A stretch of DNA of 64,000 nucleotides from a virus. Its lineage: Duplodnaviria > Caudoviricetes. A model generated the notes under the pieces. The model made no database searches. It had not been told where the DNA came from and saw only the letters and a program-made list of their open reading frames with translations. The position numbers and the translations under genes were made by a program. Numbering within the stretch: position 1 is the stretch's first letter; each line of letters opens with the position of its first letter. The stretch lies in the IMG/VR virus record IMGVR_UViG_3300028197_000002, one strand, 5' to 3'. Shown piece by piece: positions 20,067 through 30,374 of the stretch.

Positions 20067-21107
20067 ATGTACGACAACTCTCTACACGTTAATCCATCTA
20101 TTCGCAATTTCTGGAAAAATATTAAAAAGAACAATGGTGATTCTCACCCATTTAAAAAGAATAGAAATTTAGTTTTCTTTGGTGATTCTTTATCGAGAAA
20201 ATCTTTTGAATATATCAATCAAAGAATGGAAAAACTTGGAGTAATATATAATATCGGACATATCCAAGAATCATTCTTTAAGGTAATGTCTACTGAATCT
20301 GGCAAGACGGAAGAATTGAGGAATCTTGCTGTCGAAACAGTATCTTGTATCTTTCCTGATATTCCCGAAGATATTTTTAATCCTAGTTTGAATGAAGATT
20401 CAAATATTGAATTAAATCAGACAGAAGAAAAAAATGATGGTGACTACGATTATGATTTGTTAAATCAAGATTTGAAAGATAAGATCAACAAAAGAATCTT
20501 ATTGAATTGTCTTGTTCAAGGTGCAAGTATTCATTCTTATTATACTTTGCATCATCTAGCTAAAGAAAAGATAGACAGTATTAGTCCAGAACTAATGAGT
20601 CTTTATGACGATTTTGCTGTAAACTCTGTCCGATCATATTTCAGTATTGATTATTCCGCTATGCTTGAAGATGCTGCTATGGCTCAATCAGGTGCTTTGG
20701 GTAGTTCAAAAGTAGAATTTGATGAGAATAATGATCCGCAAATTACTGCTAGTGCAAAATCTTTTCCTATTTTATGTCAAGAGTTAGTAAAAGGTGCTAT
20801 GGAACTAATTACCATGCACTCGTTAGAAGATGAAAGCGAAGAAGATTTAAAAGTTATCTATTACTTTGCAGACAAGAGAGTAGATGAACCAAGGTATATT
20901 CAAATTGGAAGTGAAGTTTGGAGGAGCATTTTAAATTTAAATAAGACAACTAAAATGCAACTTCCAGAATTAGTTATGAAAATCAGTCTTTTGGATTCTG
21001 AGAAAACAGAAATGTTTTTTGAAAGTTTATTTGAAGGCAACATTGAAGATGCCTCTAGTTTTTTAGCCGAAGAAGAAAATGAAGAAGAATTAAATTATTT
21101 TGATTAA
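20067..21107 (+). CDS. Conserved large-phage protein of unknown function
   Basis: KRILLNCLVQGA, FPILCQELVKGAMEL, IQIGSEVW. Confidence 0.7.
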   Translation: MYDNSLHVNPSIRNFWKNIKKNNGDSHPFKKNRNLVFFGDSLSRKSFEYINQRMEKLGVIYNIGHIQESFFKVMSTESGKTEELRNLAVETVSCIFPDIPEDIFNPSLNEDSNIELNQTEEKNDGDYDYDLLNQDLKDKINKRILLNCLVQGASIHSYYTLHHLAKEKIDSISPELMSLYDDFAVNSVRSYFSIDYSAMLEDAAMAQSGALGSSKVEFDENNDPQITASAKSFPILCQELVKGAMELITMHSLEDESEEDLKVIYYFADKRVDEPRYIQIGSEVWRSILNLNKTTKMQLPELVMKISLLDSEKTEMFFESLFEGNIEDASSFLAEEENEEELNYFD

Positions 21108-21174
21108 AAAAAATCAAAGTAGTTTCTGGTAGAAGCAGAGGAACAGCGACCAACAATTTTTCTAAGGTGTAAAA

Positions 21175-23364
21175 ATGAAGATTAACGAAATCAAAAACAG
21201 TATTCAAACTAATTCTGATAGTCAAGAATCTCACGAATTTACTATTGGCGATGTAAGTACGATCATTGAAATTCTTCGTAATCGTCTTTATTCTAAGCCA
21301 ATTCAAACTCTTACTCAAGAGTATATGTGTAATGCTAGGGATGCTCATAGAGAAGCAGAGAGAGATGGTGTAGAAGGTGCTTCTAAGCGTCCTGTTCAAG
21401 TTACTCTGCCTACTGAACTTGAAAGCGTAATCAAGTTTCGTGATTTTGGTCTTGGTCTTAGCAAACAAAGAGTAGCAGAAGTTTTCGTTAAGTACGGAGT
21501 TTCTACAAAAAGATCAGACAATCTCGAAACAGGTGGTTTTGGTCTTGGTGCTAAAAGTGCATGGGCATATACCGATAGCTTTGTAGTTGTTAGTTACCAT
21601 AAAGGGACTTGCTCTACTTATGTTGCTCATACTGGCAAAAATAAAAATGGAACTTTTGAACTTGTAAGCGAAGAACCAACTTCCGAGCCAAATGGCATCG
21701 AAGTTCAAGTTCCCGTAAAGTCATCTGACATTTACAAGTTTAAGAATGCTGTCTATCGAACCGCTATGTTCTGGGAAGTTAAGCCAGAACTAAAAGGCAT
21801 TGCCCCGATTGAAATTCCAACGGAATTTTCAAAAAATGATTCTATCAAGTTTCAAAAAGATGGAATCATCATTACAGATCAAACTGATTTTATTAAAAAT
21901 ATTTACAACTGTGGATACTCTGACAAACTTTTTGTTTTGATTGATGACATTCCATACAATGTTTCAAAATTTGTTTATGAAATTGATGAAGTTCGTTCTA
22001 TCCATGACGTTGTTCGTAATGGCTTCACGTTCATTCACATTGACAATGGTGCTGTAGATGTTGCTGCCTCAAGAGAAGAAATCAGCAATGATGATAACAA
22101 TAAAGAAAAAGTCCGAGCGTTTTGTAAAAATGCTATGGGTAAATTCAGAGAGATTTCCGAAAGAGAATTGAAGAAAGAACATAATCGTCTTTCAGACTTT
22201 GAAGAATCTTGCAACAAACTAAGCGACACTTTTACTTTGTCTAGTATTGAAGGTCTTGATTTAACATACTCTAAAAATGGGTTGTCTTTTCACTTCAACT
22301 ATGCTGGACGGTACAAGTGTGATAGTCTGACTAGCATTAGAAAAATCGAAGAAGAACATCAAAGAGGCAGAACTTGCGTTACCATTAAAGAGTGTAGTGA
22401 AATCAGTTACCATGAAAGTAATGGTTCATACGCAATTCTTCTTGAAGATAAAGAATTTAGTAAAATTCTTCAAAAAAGAAAAGCCAAAAAGTTATTTAGT
22501 CAAGGATACAAACGAGTGTATCTGGCAGATTGTCCTAGTGAGCATGAGACTGCTTTACAAGAAATTGCAAACGCTAAGTTTATCTCTACTATCCAACATG
22601 ATAAGATTGGTGGTAGTAGTGGACAACTAAAAGGCAAGGATGAAATAATCCTTCGTTTCTTAACTTCCGATGGTAGCAGATCATACAATCATAAGGTATC
22701 TTCTAGCCATAACGAAACAAAAAAGATTGATTCGTTTGAAGATGACGAACAGATGTATGTCGCTGTTCCTTTTGGTTCCAGCCTAGACTCTGAAAGTCGT
22801 GAATACAATTACCTTGTCCGATTCATTTCAGGAAAAGATAATTGGAACATCATTAGACTTAGTAAAAAAGATTATGCAAAAGCATTAATGCTCGACCAAT
22901 TCATTAGTTATGAGGATATGCTTTCTAACTTTGAAGAACATTTCCCTGTTTCAAATGAAGAAATTGAAAAGTTTGTTTATGCAAGATCAAACATGAACTT
23001 AATTAAACTCAGAGGACTGAAAACTCGAATTGATTGTCCGATGGTTAATGGTTTGATTGGCATGTATCCTAAATTTGATTCTGATTCTTTGAATAGAAGA
23101 AATGCAAGATGTGATAGAACCAGACATCTTTACGAAAAGTTTTACTCTCACTACAAAACTGCAAACAAAAAGATGGAGGAGATTACAGCGAAAGAAGAAG
23201 AAGTTTGTGAATCCTATCCTTTGCTGAGTGGTTTTATGAATGGATATGACGAACAGCTAGAAGAATATGTTTACTATATCAATGAAAAAAGCAAAGTCAT
23301 TCGTGGGTTAAAGTCTGCTGATGGAAAACTCAAGATCAGGATACGAAAGAATGCGAAGCAATAA
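21175..23364 (+). CDS. rIIA: rIIA-like protein (N-terminal GHKL/HATPase domain)
   Basis: EYMCNARDA, FRDFGLGL, GVSTK, GGFGLGAKS; upstream of an rIIB-like gene. Confidence 0.8.
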   Translation: MKINEIKNSIQTNSDSQESHEFTIGDVSTIIEILRNRLYSKPIQTLTQEYMCNARDAHREAERDGVEGASKRPVQVTLPTELESVIKFRDFGLGLSKQRVAEVFVKYGVSTKRSDNLETGGFGLGAKSAWAYTDSFVVVSYHKGTCSTYVAHTGKNKNGTFELVSEEPTSEPNGIEVQVPVKSSDIYKFKNAVYRTAMFWEVKPELKGIAPIEIPTEFSKNDSIKFQKDGIIITDQTDFIKNIYNCGYSDKLFVLIDDIPYNVSKFVYEIDEVRSIHDVVRNGFTFIHIDNGAVDVAASREEISNDDNNKEKVRAFCKNAMGKFREISERELKKEHNRLSDFEESCNKLSDTFTLSSIEGLDLTYSKNGLSFHFNYAGRYKCDSLTSIRKIEEEHQRGRTCVTIKECSEISYHESNGSYAILLEDKEFSKILQKRKAKKLFSQGYKRVYLADCPSEHETALQEIANAKFISTIQHDKIGGSSGQLKGKDEIILRFLTSDGSRSYNHKVSSSHNETKKIDSFEDDEQMYVAVPFGSSLDSESREYNYLVRFISGKDNWNIIRLSKKDYAKALMLDQFISYEDMLSNFEEHFPVSNEEIEKFVYARSNMNLIKLRGLKTRIDCPMVNGLIGMYPKFDSDSLNRRNARCDRTRHLYEKFYSHYKTANKKMEEITAKEEEVCESYPLLSGFMNGYDEQLEEYVYYINEKSKVIRGLKSADGKLKIRIRKNAKQ

Positions 23365-23605
23365 AATAGCTTATTTTTCTCCCGTTTTGATTGATCTGTG
23401 TAAATTTCAAGATGATATAAAATGTCCAGAAATGAAAAGACTTCTTTGGTTTTATGAAAAATTTAAATCTCTCGAAGAACTTCAAGAAAAAACATTTGAA
23501 AAATATCCTCTTTTGAAATCTTATTCAGGCGATCATGTTGAAGAATACATTTATTACATAAATGAAAAATCCAAACTAGATTCAGTAGAAAAAAATTCAG
23601 AGTAG
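23321..23605 (+). CDS. Small protein duplicating the rIIA C-terminus
   Basis: YPLLKSYSGDHVEEYIYYINEKSK versus rIIA YPLLSGFMNGYDEQLEEYVYYINEKSK. Confidence 0.6.
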   Translation: MENSRSGYERMRSNKIAYFSPVLIDLCKFQDDIKCPEMKRLLWFYEKFKSLEELQEKTFEKYPLLKSYSGDHVEEYIYYINEKSKLDSVEKNSE

Positions 23606-23650
23606 TTTATGGTAATCTTGTAAGACAACAACCAACAGCAGGTCAAGATC

Positions 23651-24973
23651 ATGAAATACTTTCTTCTTTCTAATAGCGTGGTAATCACCATTGCTGACAA
23701 AACATACACTGTAAGCGTCGATGATTATCGTTTTGAAAAAATTAAGAGTTGTATTGAACTTGATGATCTTGATTCTGTTCAAGAGATTGTTGAGCCAAAT
23801 AATCATCTGAATAAGAAAGGTCTTGCTGTTGAGGATGGGCTAGTCATGTTCAAGGGCGAAGCTATTCCGAGTATTCTTGGAGATAAATTTAAGAATTGTG
23901 AACAAGATAGCTTTGATTTCAAAAGCAGTTTCAACTTTTGGTTCAATATGAAAACAAGAGTTAATGAAGAAATTGCTTCTAAACTTATCAATGAGTTAAT
24001 TAGCAAAAAAGCATATGCCTTGACCGAAGATGGTTTCTATTTTGTTTATGATGATTCAAGCGTTGACCAAACTCAAAATAAATTAAATAAAAAACATAAT
24101 TCATCAAATGAATTTTTTCATTTTTATAATTTCTCTAATTGCCCTACAAACTATCATGGTCTTTTTGCTTCAAAAAGAAATATCGACAATATAATTGAAG
24201 AAGTTTTTGGATTTAATACCAAAAAATTAAAAAGTTTTGTTTTAGATAATCTTTTTAAACAACAAGATAATTTCATTAATTATAAATTTTTGTTTTATGG
24301 TCAAGCGTTCATAAACGTCCTGAACAATGACAATCTTTTTTATGCTATTGAAAACGATCTGCTTGATGTGACTATTGGCGATGTAGACTCATATAGCAAT
24401 CTCAACACGTTTTTGGTAGATTACTCTAAAGAAAAAAGTGGGAGTCTGAATCAGCAAAAGGTTCTTAACTTTATCAAGAGTTGTGAAGATCACATGCAAC
24501 TGTCTGAAATTGGAACTTTTTATGTTGCTGTAAAAGATGCTTTCTCAATCGACATGCGAAATGTTGGGTTGTCAAACAACTGTGAAGAAATTTACAAATA
24601 TTTAAAAACAGAATATGAAAAAATTTCAGACCCATTGTTTCCTTTGAATAATGATCCTCTTATTGAAAGATTAGAAGATAAGGAAATCGGAAAGTATTTC
24701 AGAATTATGGTTCCAACAACGAATTATGATTTAAAAGAGTGGAGCAATATTTTGCAAAATTGCATCCATTCATATTCCCAACAAATTAAAGAGAAAAAGT
24801 GTCAGATTATTGCTGTCATAGATCAGAAAACAAATGAAATGCTCTATCATGTTGAAATTAGACGCAAGCAAATTCATCAGTTTAGAGGTCGAGGAAATGA
24901 ATCGCCAGAAGGTAATGATGAACGGATTGTGGGCGATTTTCTTAAAAAAGAAGGAATAATTTACAATGAGTGA
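23651..24973 (+). CDS. rIIB: rIIB-like N-terminal domain fused to PcfJ-like C-terminal domain
   Basis: VEDGLVMFKGE...FWFN...ALTEDG (rIIB-like); LKEWSNILQNCIHSY...YHVEI...QFRGRGN (PcfJ-like). Confidence 0.6.
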   Translation: MKYFLLSNSVVITIADKTYTVSVDDYRFEKIKSCIELDDLDSVQEIVEPNNHLNKKGLAVEDGLVMFKGEAIPSILGDKFKNCEQDSFDFKSSFNFWFNMKTRVNEEIASKLINELISKKAYALTEDGFYFVYDDSSVDQTQNKLNKKHNSSNEFFHFYNFSNCPTNYHGLFASKRNIDNIIEEVFGFNTKKLKSFVLDNLFKQQDNFINYKFLFYGQAFINVLNNDNLFYAIENDLLDVTIGDVDSYSNLNTFLVDYSKEKSGSLNQQKVLNFIKSCEDHMQLSEIGTFYVAVKDAFSIDMRNVGLSNNCEEIYKYLKTEYEKISDPLFPLNNDPLIERLEDKEIGKYFRIMVPTTNYDLKEWSNILQNCIHSYSQQIKEKKCQIIAVIDQKTNEMLYHVEIRRKQIHQFRGRGNESPEGNDERIVGDFLKKEGIIYNE

Positions 24974-25223
24974 GTTCTATTGCAGTAGTCAATCAAATAT
25001 AAAACTCGTCGCTACAACAAAAAATTTACTTTTTCTTGTAACAGCATACGGAATAGTTAAATTAATAAAAAATAAAGACAGAAAAAAAGACAAAAGAATA
25101 GAAAAAGTCTTTCTTGAGCTAGAAAAGTTAAAAGAAAGCAAACAATTAAAAGTCTTTGAAAATGAAGATGAAATTCTACTTTTGGCAAATGATAAAGTCA
25201 TAAAACATAGTTTTATTTTATAA
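24966..25223 (+). CDS. Hypothetical protein
   Basis: Overlapping ORF. Confidence 0.5.
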   Translation: MSEFYCSSQSNIKLVATTKNLLFLVTAYGIVKLIKNKDRKKDKRIEKVFLELEKLKESKQLKVFENEDEILLLANDKVIKHSFIL

Positions 25224-25334
25224 AATTTACCAAGTAGTTTCTGGTAAACATATGAAACAAGTCAAAGTAAAAATAAAAACCGAGCAAGACAAGGAATTGC
25301 TCAACAAAATTATAAAAGCAATAAAGGGAAATTC

Positions 25335-25619
25335 ATGTACCCAGACTCAAACGTAGATTTTATAAGAAATCATTATCCTGATTCAACACTTGCTGTAGGA
25401 TTCGATAAAGCGATTGTTGGTTATGATGCTTCCAGCGGAACCGTTATTTATCACTATGATATTTGCGTTAGTATCTTGGAGCAAGAAGGAATGGTAAGAG
25501 ATGAAGCACTAGAACATATGGAATATAATGTGGTAGGATCAAAATACGGCGATCTAACTCCAATTTTCATGCACACACTTCCTTTTGAACTGAAACATGA
25601 CCGAGCCGGAAAAACCTAA
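25335..25619 (+). CDS. Conserved phage hypothetical protein
   Basis: GFDKAIVG...EALEHMEYNVVG...TPIF. Confidence 0.7.
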   Translation: MYPDSNVDFIRNHYPDSTLAVGFDKAIVGYDASSGTVIYHYDICVSILEQEGMVRDEALEHMEYNVVGSKYGDLTPIFMHTLPFELKHDRAGKT

Positions 25620-25809
25620 AGACAAGTATACTCTTACTGTTGTAAAAGCAGAATATAGCTATGTTGAAATAGACGTAGAAAGCGACAATATTGAAGATGC
25701 CCATAATCAAGCCATGAAAAAAGCAGAAGAAGTAAGTTTCCCTGAAAGTCTTGAAAAAGATTACAGCGTTAGAACAATAATTAAAAACGGCAGACCATTA
25801 ATTTACTAA
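25597..25809 (+). CDS. Hypothetical protein
   Basis: Overlapping ORF. Confidence 0.6.
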   Translation: MTEPEKPKDKYTLTVVKAEYSYVEIDVESDNIEDAHNQAMKKAEEVSFPESLEKDYSVRTIIKNGRPLIY

Positions 25810-25822
25810 AAGGAAATACGAA

Positions 25823-26179
25823 ATGAATGCTCATAGAACATTTTTTGCTTTGGCTATTTTTAGTATTTTTATTTCTCCCTGTTTCAGTGCCGAAAAGCTA
25901 TTCCTTGAAGGAGCCAAACATAAAGCTATCACTGACGGTGGTGGCGAAACCGACAAGCGATGGATGATGGGTTTCTTTACTGGTTATATAAATGGTGTTT
26001 TAGACTCTAAAGCTATTCCAGAACCAAAGACACTAAATCGTGGGCAGATATGTTCAATGACTGCAACTTTTATTCAACAAAATCCCCAACAGCATCATAA
26101 AAGTGAAATTGATCTTGTACGTGCTGCGATACAGAAGATGGAACCAGCACCCCAACCCCAACCGTCAAGTATTAGGTGA
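25823..26179 (+). CDS. Secreted protein, Rap1a/Tai immunity-like
   Basis: Signal peptide; GYINGVLDS...P...RGQI...FIQQNPQQHHK...LVRAAI. Confidence 0.5.
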   Translation: MNAHRTFFALAIFSIFISPCFSAEKLFLEGAKHKAITDGGGETDKRWMMGFFTGYINGVLDSKAIPEPKTLNRGQICSMTATFIQQNPQQHHKSEIDLVRAAIQKMEPAPQPQPSSIR

Positions 26180-26245
26180 AATAAAAATATTTAATAGTAG
26201 TCTCTGGTAATAATAAGAAAGCAAATTACCTAAAGGAAAACGCAA

Positions 26246-26977
26246 ATGGGAATGTTTAGCTGGTGTTGTAACGGATGTGGGCATGAACTTCATATGGATG
26301 AACTTGTTCGTATGAATGGTTGCGTAGGTGTTTATGATGGATACGGCAGAGCAGGAAATTTTGATTATCAAAATGGCGATCCTCCAGTTTGCTGGCATGA
26401 ATATTGTTACCAAGATGCAGTAAAAGATTTTGGAGAACCAGATAATTCTCCAAGCAAACATGCAGAAAATCAAGGTTTCGGATTCAGTATTTTAAAATAT
26501 ATGCGAAGTGAAGATTGTGAACTTCCTATCAAAATGAATGTGAGAATTGACTGTTCATGGTTTGATGGTGAAAACATACAAGAACAAAATCATATAATTA
26601 TTAAAAATGAAGGTGAATATCAACTTTTTGATAAAAGAAATCTTAGAGATTGTTTTCTGAAAGATGAAGTTGATAGTGAACTTGTAGACAAACTTGAAAA
26701 ACAATCTGCCAAAGAAGCCAGTTTTGATGATCTGGATACAGCATTAAAAGTCGCTGAAAGTCTAATGAAAAATCTTCCAAATCCTGAACGTGGTTATGAA
26801 CTTTCTGTGTTAGGAAAGCAAGATGGTGAGCATGGAATGATTTATCAATTTAATAAAACTGCTAAAACAAACAAAGTGCCAATCGAAGGAAAATTTTATC
26901 CCAACGGAAATCAGAGATGTAATTATGTTCCAAATGGTGAATTTGAAGAAGATTTATTTTATTCAATAGAGCAATAA
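26246..26977 (+). CDS. Hypothetical protein with Zn-binding N-terminus
   Basis: MGMFSWCCNGCGH...GVYDGYGR. Confidence 0.65.
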   Translation: MGMFSWCCNGCGHELHMDELVRMNGCVGVYDGYGRAGNFDYQNGDPPVCWHEYCYQDAVKDFGEPDNSPSKHAENQGFGFSILKYMRSEDCELPIKMNVRIDCSWFDGENIQEQNHIIIKNEGEYQLFDKRNLRDCFLKDEVDSELVDKLEKQSAKEASFDDLDTALKVAESLMKNLPNPERGYELSVLGKQDGEHGMIYQFNKTAKTNKVPIEGKFYPNGNQRCNYVPNGEFEEDLFYSIEQ

Positions 26978-27018
26978 AAATACCAAAGTTAGTTTCTGGT
27001 AAATGTAAGGAGACAAAA

Positions 27019-27351
27019 ATGAAAATAGTAAAAGCATTAGTACATGGAAAAAAATATCGTGAATTTCCACTGGATATGTTACGATATGACCGTTGTAGCA
27101 CATACAGAGAAGCTGACTCAAGTTTTTTAAAATGTATTGTTAGCTACGAACAGCTACAAGAAAATGCCAAAAATGGTGCTAGACACTGGCAAATAGTAAT
27201 CTGCAAACGAGTAGAAGCTAACGAAAAACAACCTTTTACAACAAAACGATGGGAAAGTTTCGGAGTAAATATAAGAATATTAGAAGAAATTGACCAAATA
27301 CCAAATAGCGAATTTCTTTATCCTCATCAAATTAAAAGAGAACTTGTTTAA
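27019..27351 (+). CDS. Hypothetical phage protein
   Basis: AAGGAG SD; FPLDMLRYDRC. Confidence 0.7.
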   Translation: MKIVKALVHGKKYREFPLDMLRYDRCSTYREADSSFLKCIVSYEQLQENAKNGARHWQIVICKRVEANEKQPFTTKRWESFGVNIRILEEIDQIPNSEFLYPHQIKRELV

Positions 27352-27662
27352 TGGATATTAATAATCATTGCATGAGTAAATTAAATAAAATTCTTGGTGC
27401 TAACAAGGATTTAGGCGTAAAACTCATTAAAGCAGTTAATAATGATCCAACAGATGAAACTATCAACCAACGCAATCAAGTAAACCAAACAATACAACAA
27501 TCATACGAAATGCTGTTGGCAATACAAACCTTGAACCAAATATATCAAGAATATCTTGAAAAGAAAAATGAATTAAAAGAAGAAATAGACGAAATGATTG
27601 TGTCGGATGACCAGTTTTCAGGATATGGACGATCATCAGATGTAAGGTTGCGAATAAAGTAA
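27351..27662 (+). CDS. Hypothetical coiled-coil protein
   Basis: 1-nt stop/start overlap. Confidence 0.6.
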   Translation: MDINNHCMSKLNKILGANKDLGVKLIKAVNNDPTDETINQRNQVNQTIQQSYEMLLAIQTLNQIYQEYLEKKNELKEEIDEMIVSDDQFSGYGRSSDVRLRIK

Positions 27663-27680
27663 AACTATAAAGAATGAAAA

Positions 27681-28355
27681 ATGTTCGATCTAGCTGAATT
27701 TAAACATAGTCCTAACGGAAATAACCTGAAAAGATTAAACTTTAGATACGAAAACATAATAGAAAAAAATAAGCATCTAATAAAAAATAAAACTGTTATT
27801 GATGTCGGTTGCCACGATTGTAGATGGAGTTATGCTGCTGAACAGGCTGGTGCAACTCAAGTACAAGCATTTGATATAAACAACCTGTATGAAATTAGCG
27901 GTGTAAGTAAATTATTAAAAAATACAACATATCAAAGAGCAGACTTCCATCAAGCATGGGAAAACATAAAACCTGCTGATACTACACTTTGTTTAGGATT
28001 TCTTTATCACCAATACGATATAAAGGAAATATTAAAAAAAATAAGCGACAAAAGCAACAACTTGATTCTAGACACATATGTAAGTCTTGATGAAAGTAGG
28101 CCACTGTTAGAGTTAAAACCAGAAGGTGCTAAGGAAAGAGGATTTAAGCTATTACAGAATACACTAAGTGAGTATAACCTAGTGCCAAACTTGAGTGCAT
28201 TAAAAATTTTATTAAAATGTGCTGACTACAAAAAAGTCAAAGTGCTAGAACCAAACGAAAACAGTAAATACTTTCAACCAGACTATATCAAAAATAGATC
28301 GGGAAAAAGAAAAAGAATCACTCTGGTAGCGATAAAAAATATAAAAGTAGTTTAA
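27681..28355 (+). CDS. Class I SAM-dependent methyltransferase
   Basis: VIDVGCHD motif I, AFDI, LCLGFLYHQ, LILDT. Confidence 0.8.
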   Translation: MFDLAEFKHSPNGNNLKRLNFRYENIIEKNKHLIKNKTVIDVGCHDCRWSYAAEQAGATQVQAFDINNLYEISGVSKLLKNTTYQRADFHQAWENIKPADTTLCLGFLYHQYDIKEILKKISDKSNNLILDTYVSLDESRPLLELKPEGAKERGFKLLQNTLSEYNLVPNLSALKILLKCADYKKVKVLEPNENSKYFQPDYIKNRSGKRKRITLVAIKNIKVV

Positions 28356-28364
28356 GGTAAGGAT

Positions 28365-28607
28365 ATGAAAGAACTCGCAAACAAAATACGAGAAAACGGA
28401 ATAGAAGTAAGTAAAGGTGTATTCGTACAAGATCAAAAGATCACTGTACTGGATAAACAAGGAATCGTTAAAACATGGGACTTTACACACGTTGATATGG
28501 ACGTAAGCGAATGTGTGGTTATGTGCATTATCGCTACCCAAAAAGGAAGTGATAAATTAAGAGAAACTATCCACATAGCAAATAAATTAAAACAAGCAAA
28601 CAAATAG
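28365..28607 (+). CDS. Hypothetical protein (probably leaderless mRNA)
   Basis: ATG 6 nt after promoter motif 28348-28359. Confidence 0.6.
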   Translation: MKELANKIRENGIEVSKGVFVQDQKITVLDKQGIVKTWDFTHVDMDVSECVVMCIIATQKGSDKLRETIHIANKLKQANK

Positions 28608-28648
28608 AGTTTAGTGTATCCAGCCTAAATAAACTAGGAGGATACCTA

Positions 28649-28843
28649 ATGGATACTAAATTCTCGTTAAGACAAAATCCACAAAATCACCTAGTTAAAT
28701 TAGAACTATGGAGAAAGTACGGAGAGAAAAGTGATGAATGGCTAAGTGACGAAAAGTTCACTGACATGACAATAAAAGAATTAGAACAGTTAGCTGAGTT
28801 TATAACAAATAAAATAAATAAAGCTAAAAATAAAAAAAAGTAA
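28649..28843 (+). CDS. Hypothetical protein
   Basis: AGGAGG SD; CTAAATA upstream. Confidence 0.65.
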   Translation: MDTKFSLRQNPQNHLVKLELWRKYGEKSDEWLSDEKFTDMTIKELEQLAEFITNKINKAKNKKK

Positions 28844-29173
28844 ATTATAATTAGTTGTTTATTTAATAACAAATAAGAAAAGATCAGTTTTGTGGAAAAT
28901 TATCCCAGCCAGATAGTTTAAACTATGTATGGTGTGGGAAATTTGCCATAAAGTTGCTAAAAATGGATCGGTTTATAAAATACCATATAAACTGTTGATA
29001 AATTTCATGTATAAAGAATATAAAATAAAAAAGTGATAAATTAAAAAATAATTAGTGTATAGTCTGTCTTTACAACAGAGCTTTTTTTTAATATATTCAG
29101 AATATATTTTTAATTAACTGCCGCCATCGTTAAAATTCCATAAAAAATAAATAAAAAAATAGTAGATTAGTTC

Positions 29174-29473
29174 ATGGTAGGAAAAGACATTCTTTTTTTC
29201 TCAGGTGAAGAAAACATGCGAAATATAATTGAATTACAAGACCGAGAGGAATTGAAAAATTATTTTTTAAATGGTGGAGTATCAACACGGATGGCTGTTG
29301 CTATGAATGTACTATGTGATCCAAATTGGTTACTTGGAGATATTGATTTGATGTATTTTTATTACATTCACTGTGGCAAGCGTCGATTGCCAGATGGATT
29401 ACATAACAATATGATGATGCTTTGCGTTGAAGGTGATGAGAAAAGTAACAAATACATGGATGAGCATGGTTAA
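29174..29473 (+). CDS. LPxxxHNxM-family protein (likely start ATG 29216)
   Basis: RRLPDGLHNNMMMLCVEGDEKSNKYM. Confidence 0.6.
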   Translation: MVGKDILFFSGEENMRNIIELQDREELKNYFLNGGVSTRMAVAMNVLCDPNWLLGDIDLMYFYYIHCGKRRLPDGLHNNMMMLCVEGDEKSNKYMDEHG

Positions 29474-29475
29474 AG

Positions 29476-30246
29476 ATGCAATTTTTATTTAAATGCCTAT
29501 TTTGTAGTCCTGTTTTTGTGATTATATTTAATTTAATTAAATATAAGAGCAATGTATTAGAAAAATTATCTACAAGTTACGCATCTGCTAGAGATTTTAG
29601 TCCAACATTGCCATCACTAGGCAGTGAGAGTTTGTTTTACATTTTGATTTCAATGTTTAGCGTTGGGTTTTTGCTACTTATTTTTAATTTTTGGAAACTT
29701 TTAGGTATTTTTAGTTTAATTTTTTCTTTAATTTTTTATTATTTGGTTTTAGACGCTGATTTTTTTGTATTTGGTATGATTGGTGGTTTATTTTTGATGT
29801 TTTTTGAAAATACTTCGGTAAAATCGGTACAAATCGCAAAAAATGTCGAAAAAAATGATAAAAAATTAAAAAAAAGCGTTAAAAAAAATAAAAATGGGTC
29901 AAAAGTGATAAAAAATCAAAAAGTAGTTGATGGTAAAGGTGTTGAGCGACCGATTCCGGCTGTTCCCGTGAAGGAGATAGCAGACAAGCGACCGATTCCG
30001 GCTGTAGCTGCTCATCCAGTGAATGAGATGGCAGAAAGGTGGAAGAAATACGATGAGAAGACATCACCGGCTAGGAAAAAGGTAGAGATTTTTTTCACAG
30101 ACCGAGTGATTGAATTTAAAAATAAATTTTTTTCATCTGGGCGGAGGAAAACGAATGTATTTCGTGAATTGGTGACGATAACGATAGTGATATGTGGTTG
30201 TGTAGGGAGTTTGGTTGTAGTGCTTTTGTTTCAGAGTCTAAATTAG
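29476..30246 (+). CDS. Multi-pass membrane protein
   Basis: Several hydrophobic helices; RPIPAV duplicated. Confidence 0.5.
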   Translation: MQFLFKCLFCSPVFVIIFNLIKYKSNVLEKLSTSYASARDFSPTLPSLGSESLFYILISMFSVGFLLLIFNFWKLLGIFSLIFSLIFYYLVLDADFFVFGMIGGLFLMFFENTSVKSVQIAKNVEKNDKKLKKSVKKNKNGSKVIKNQKVVDGKGVERPIPAVPVKEIADKRPIPAVAAHPVNEMAERWKKYDEKTSPARKKVEIFFTDRVIEFKNKFFSSGRRKTNVFRELVTITIVICGCVGSLVVVLLFQSLN

Positions 30247-30269
30247 ATAAAAATACTATAAATTAATGC

Positions 30270-30298
30270 TTTACACTTTCAAAAAGTTTTGCTAAAAT
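30270..30298 (+). promoter_or_regulatory. Sigma70-type promoter
   Basis: TTTACA-N17-TAAAAT with extended -10 TG, upstream of 30375. Confidence 0.55.
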
Positions 30299-30374
30299 GT
30301 TTTCTTAGTGTTTTGGGGAAAAACAATCCTAAAAACTTTCTTTAATTTGGTTACATAAACAACGGAGTAGTAAT

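Noticed and set aside
28880-29010. DnaA boxes (TGTGGAAAA, TGTTGATAA) as a host-type origin
   Set aside because: Only one-mismatch matches in AT-rich DNA; too weak to call.
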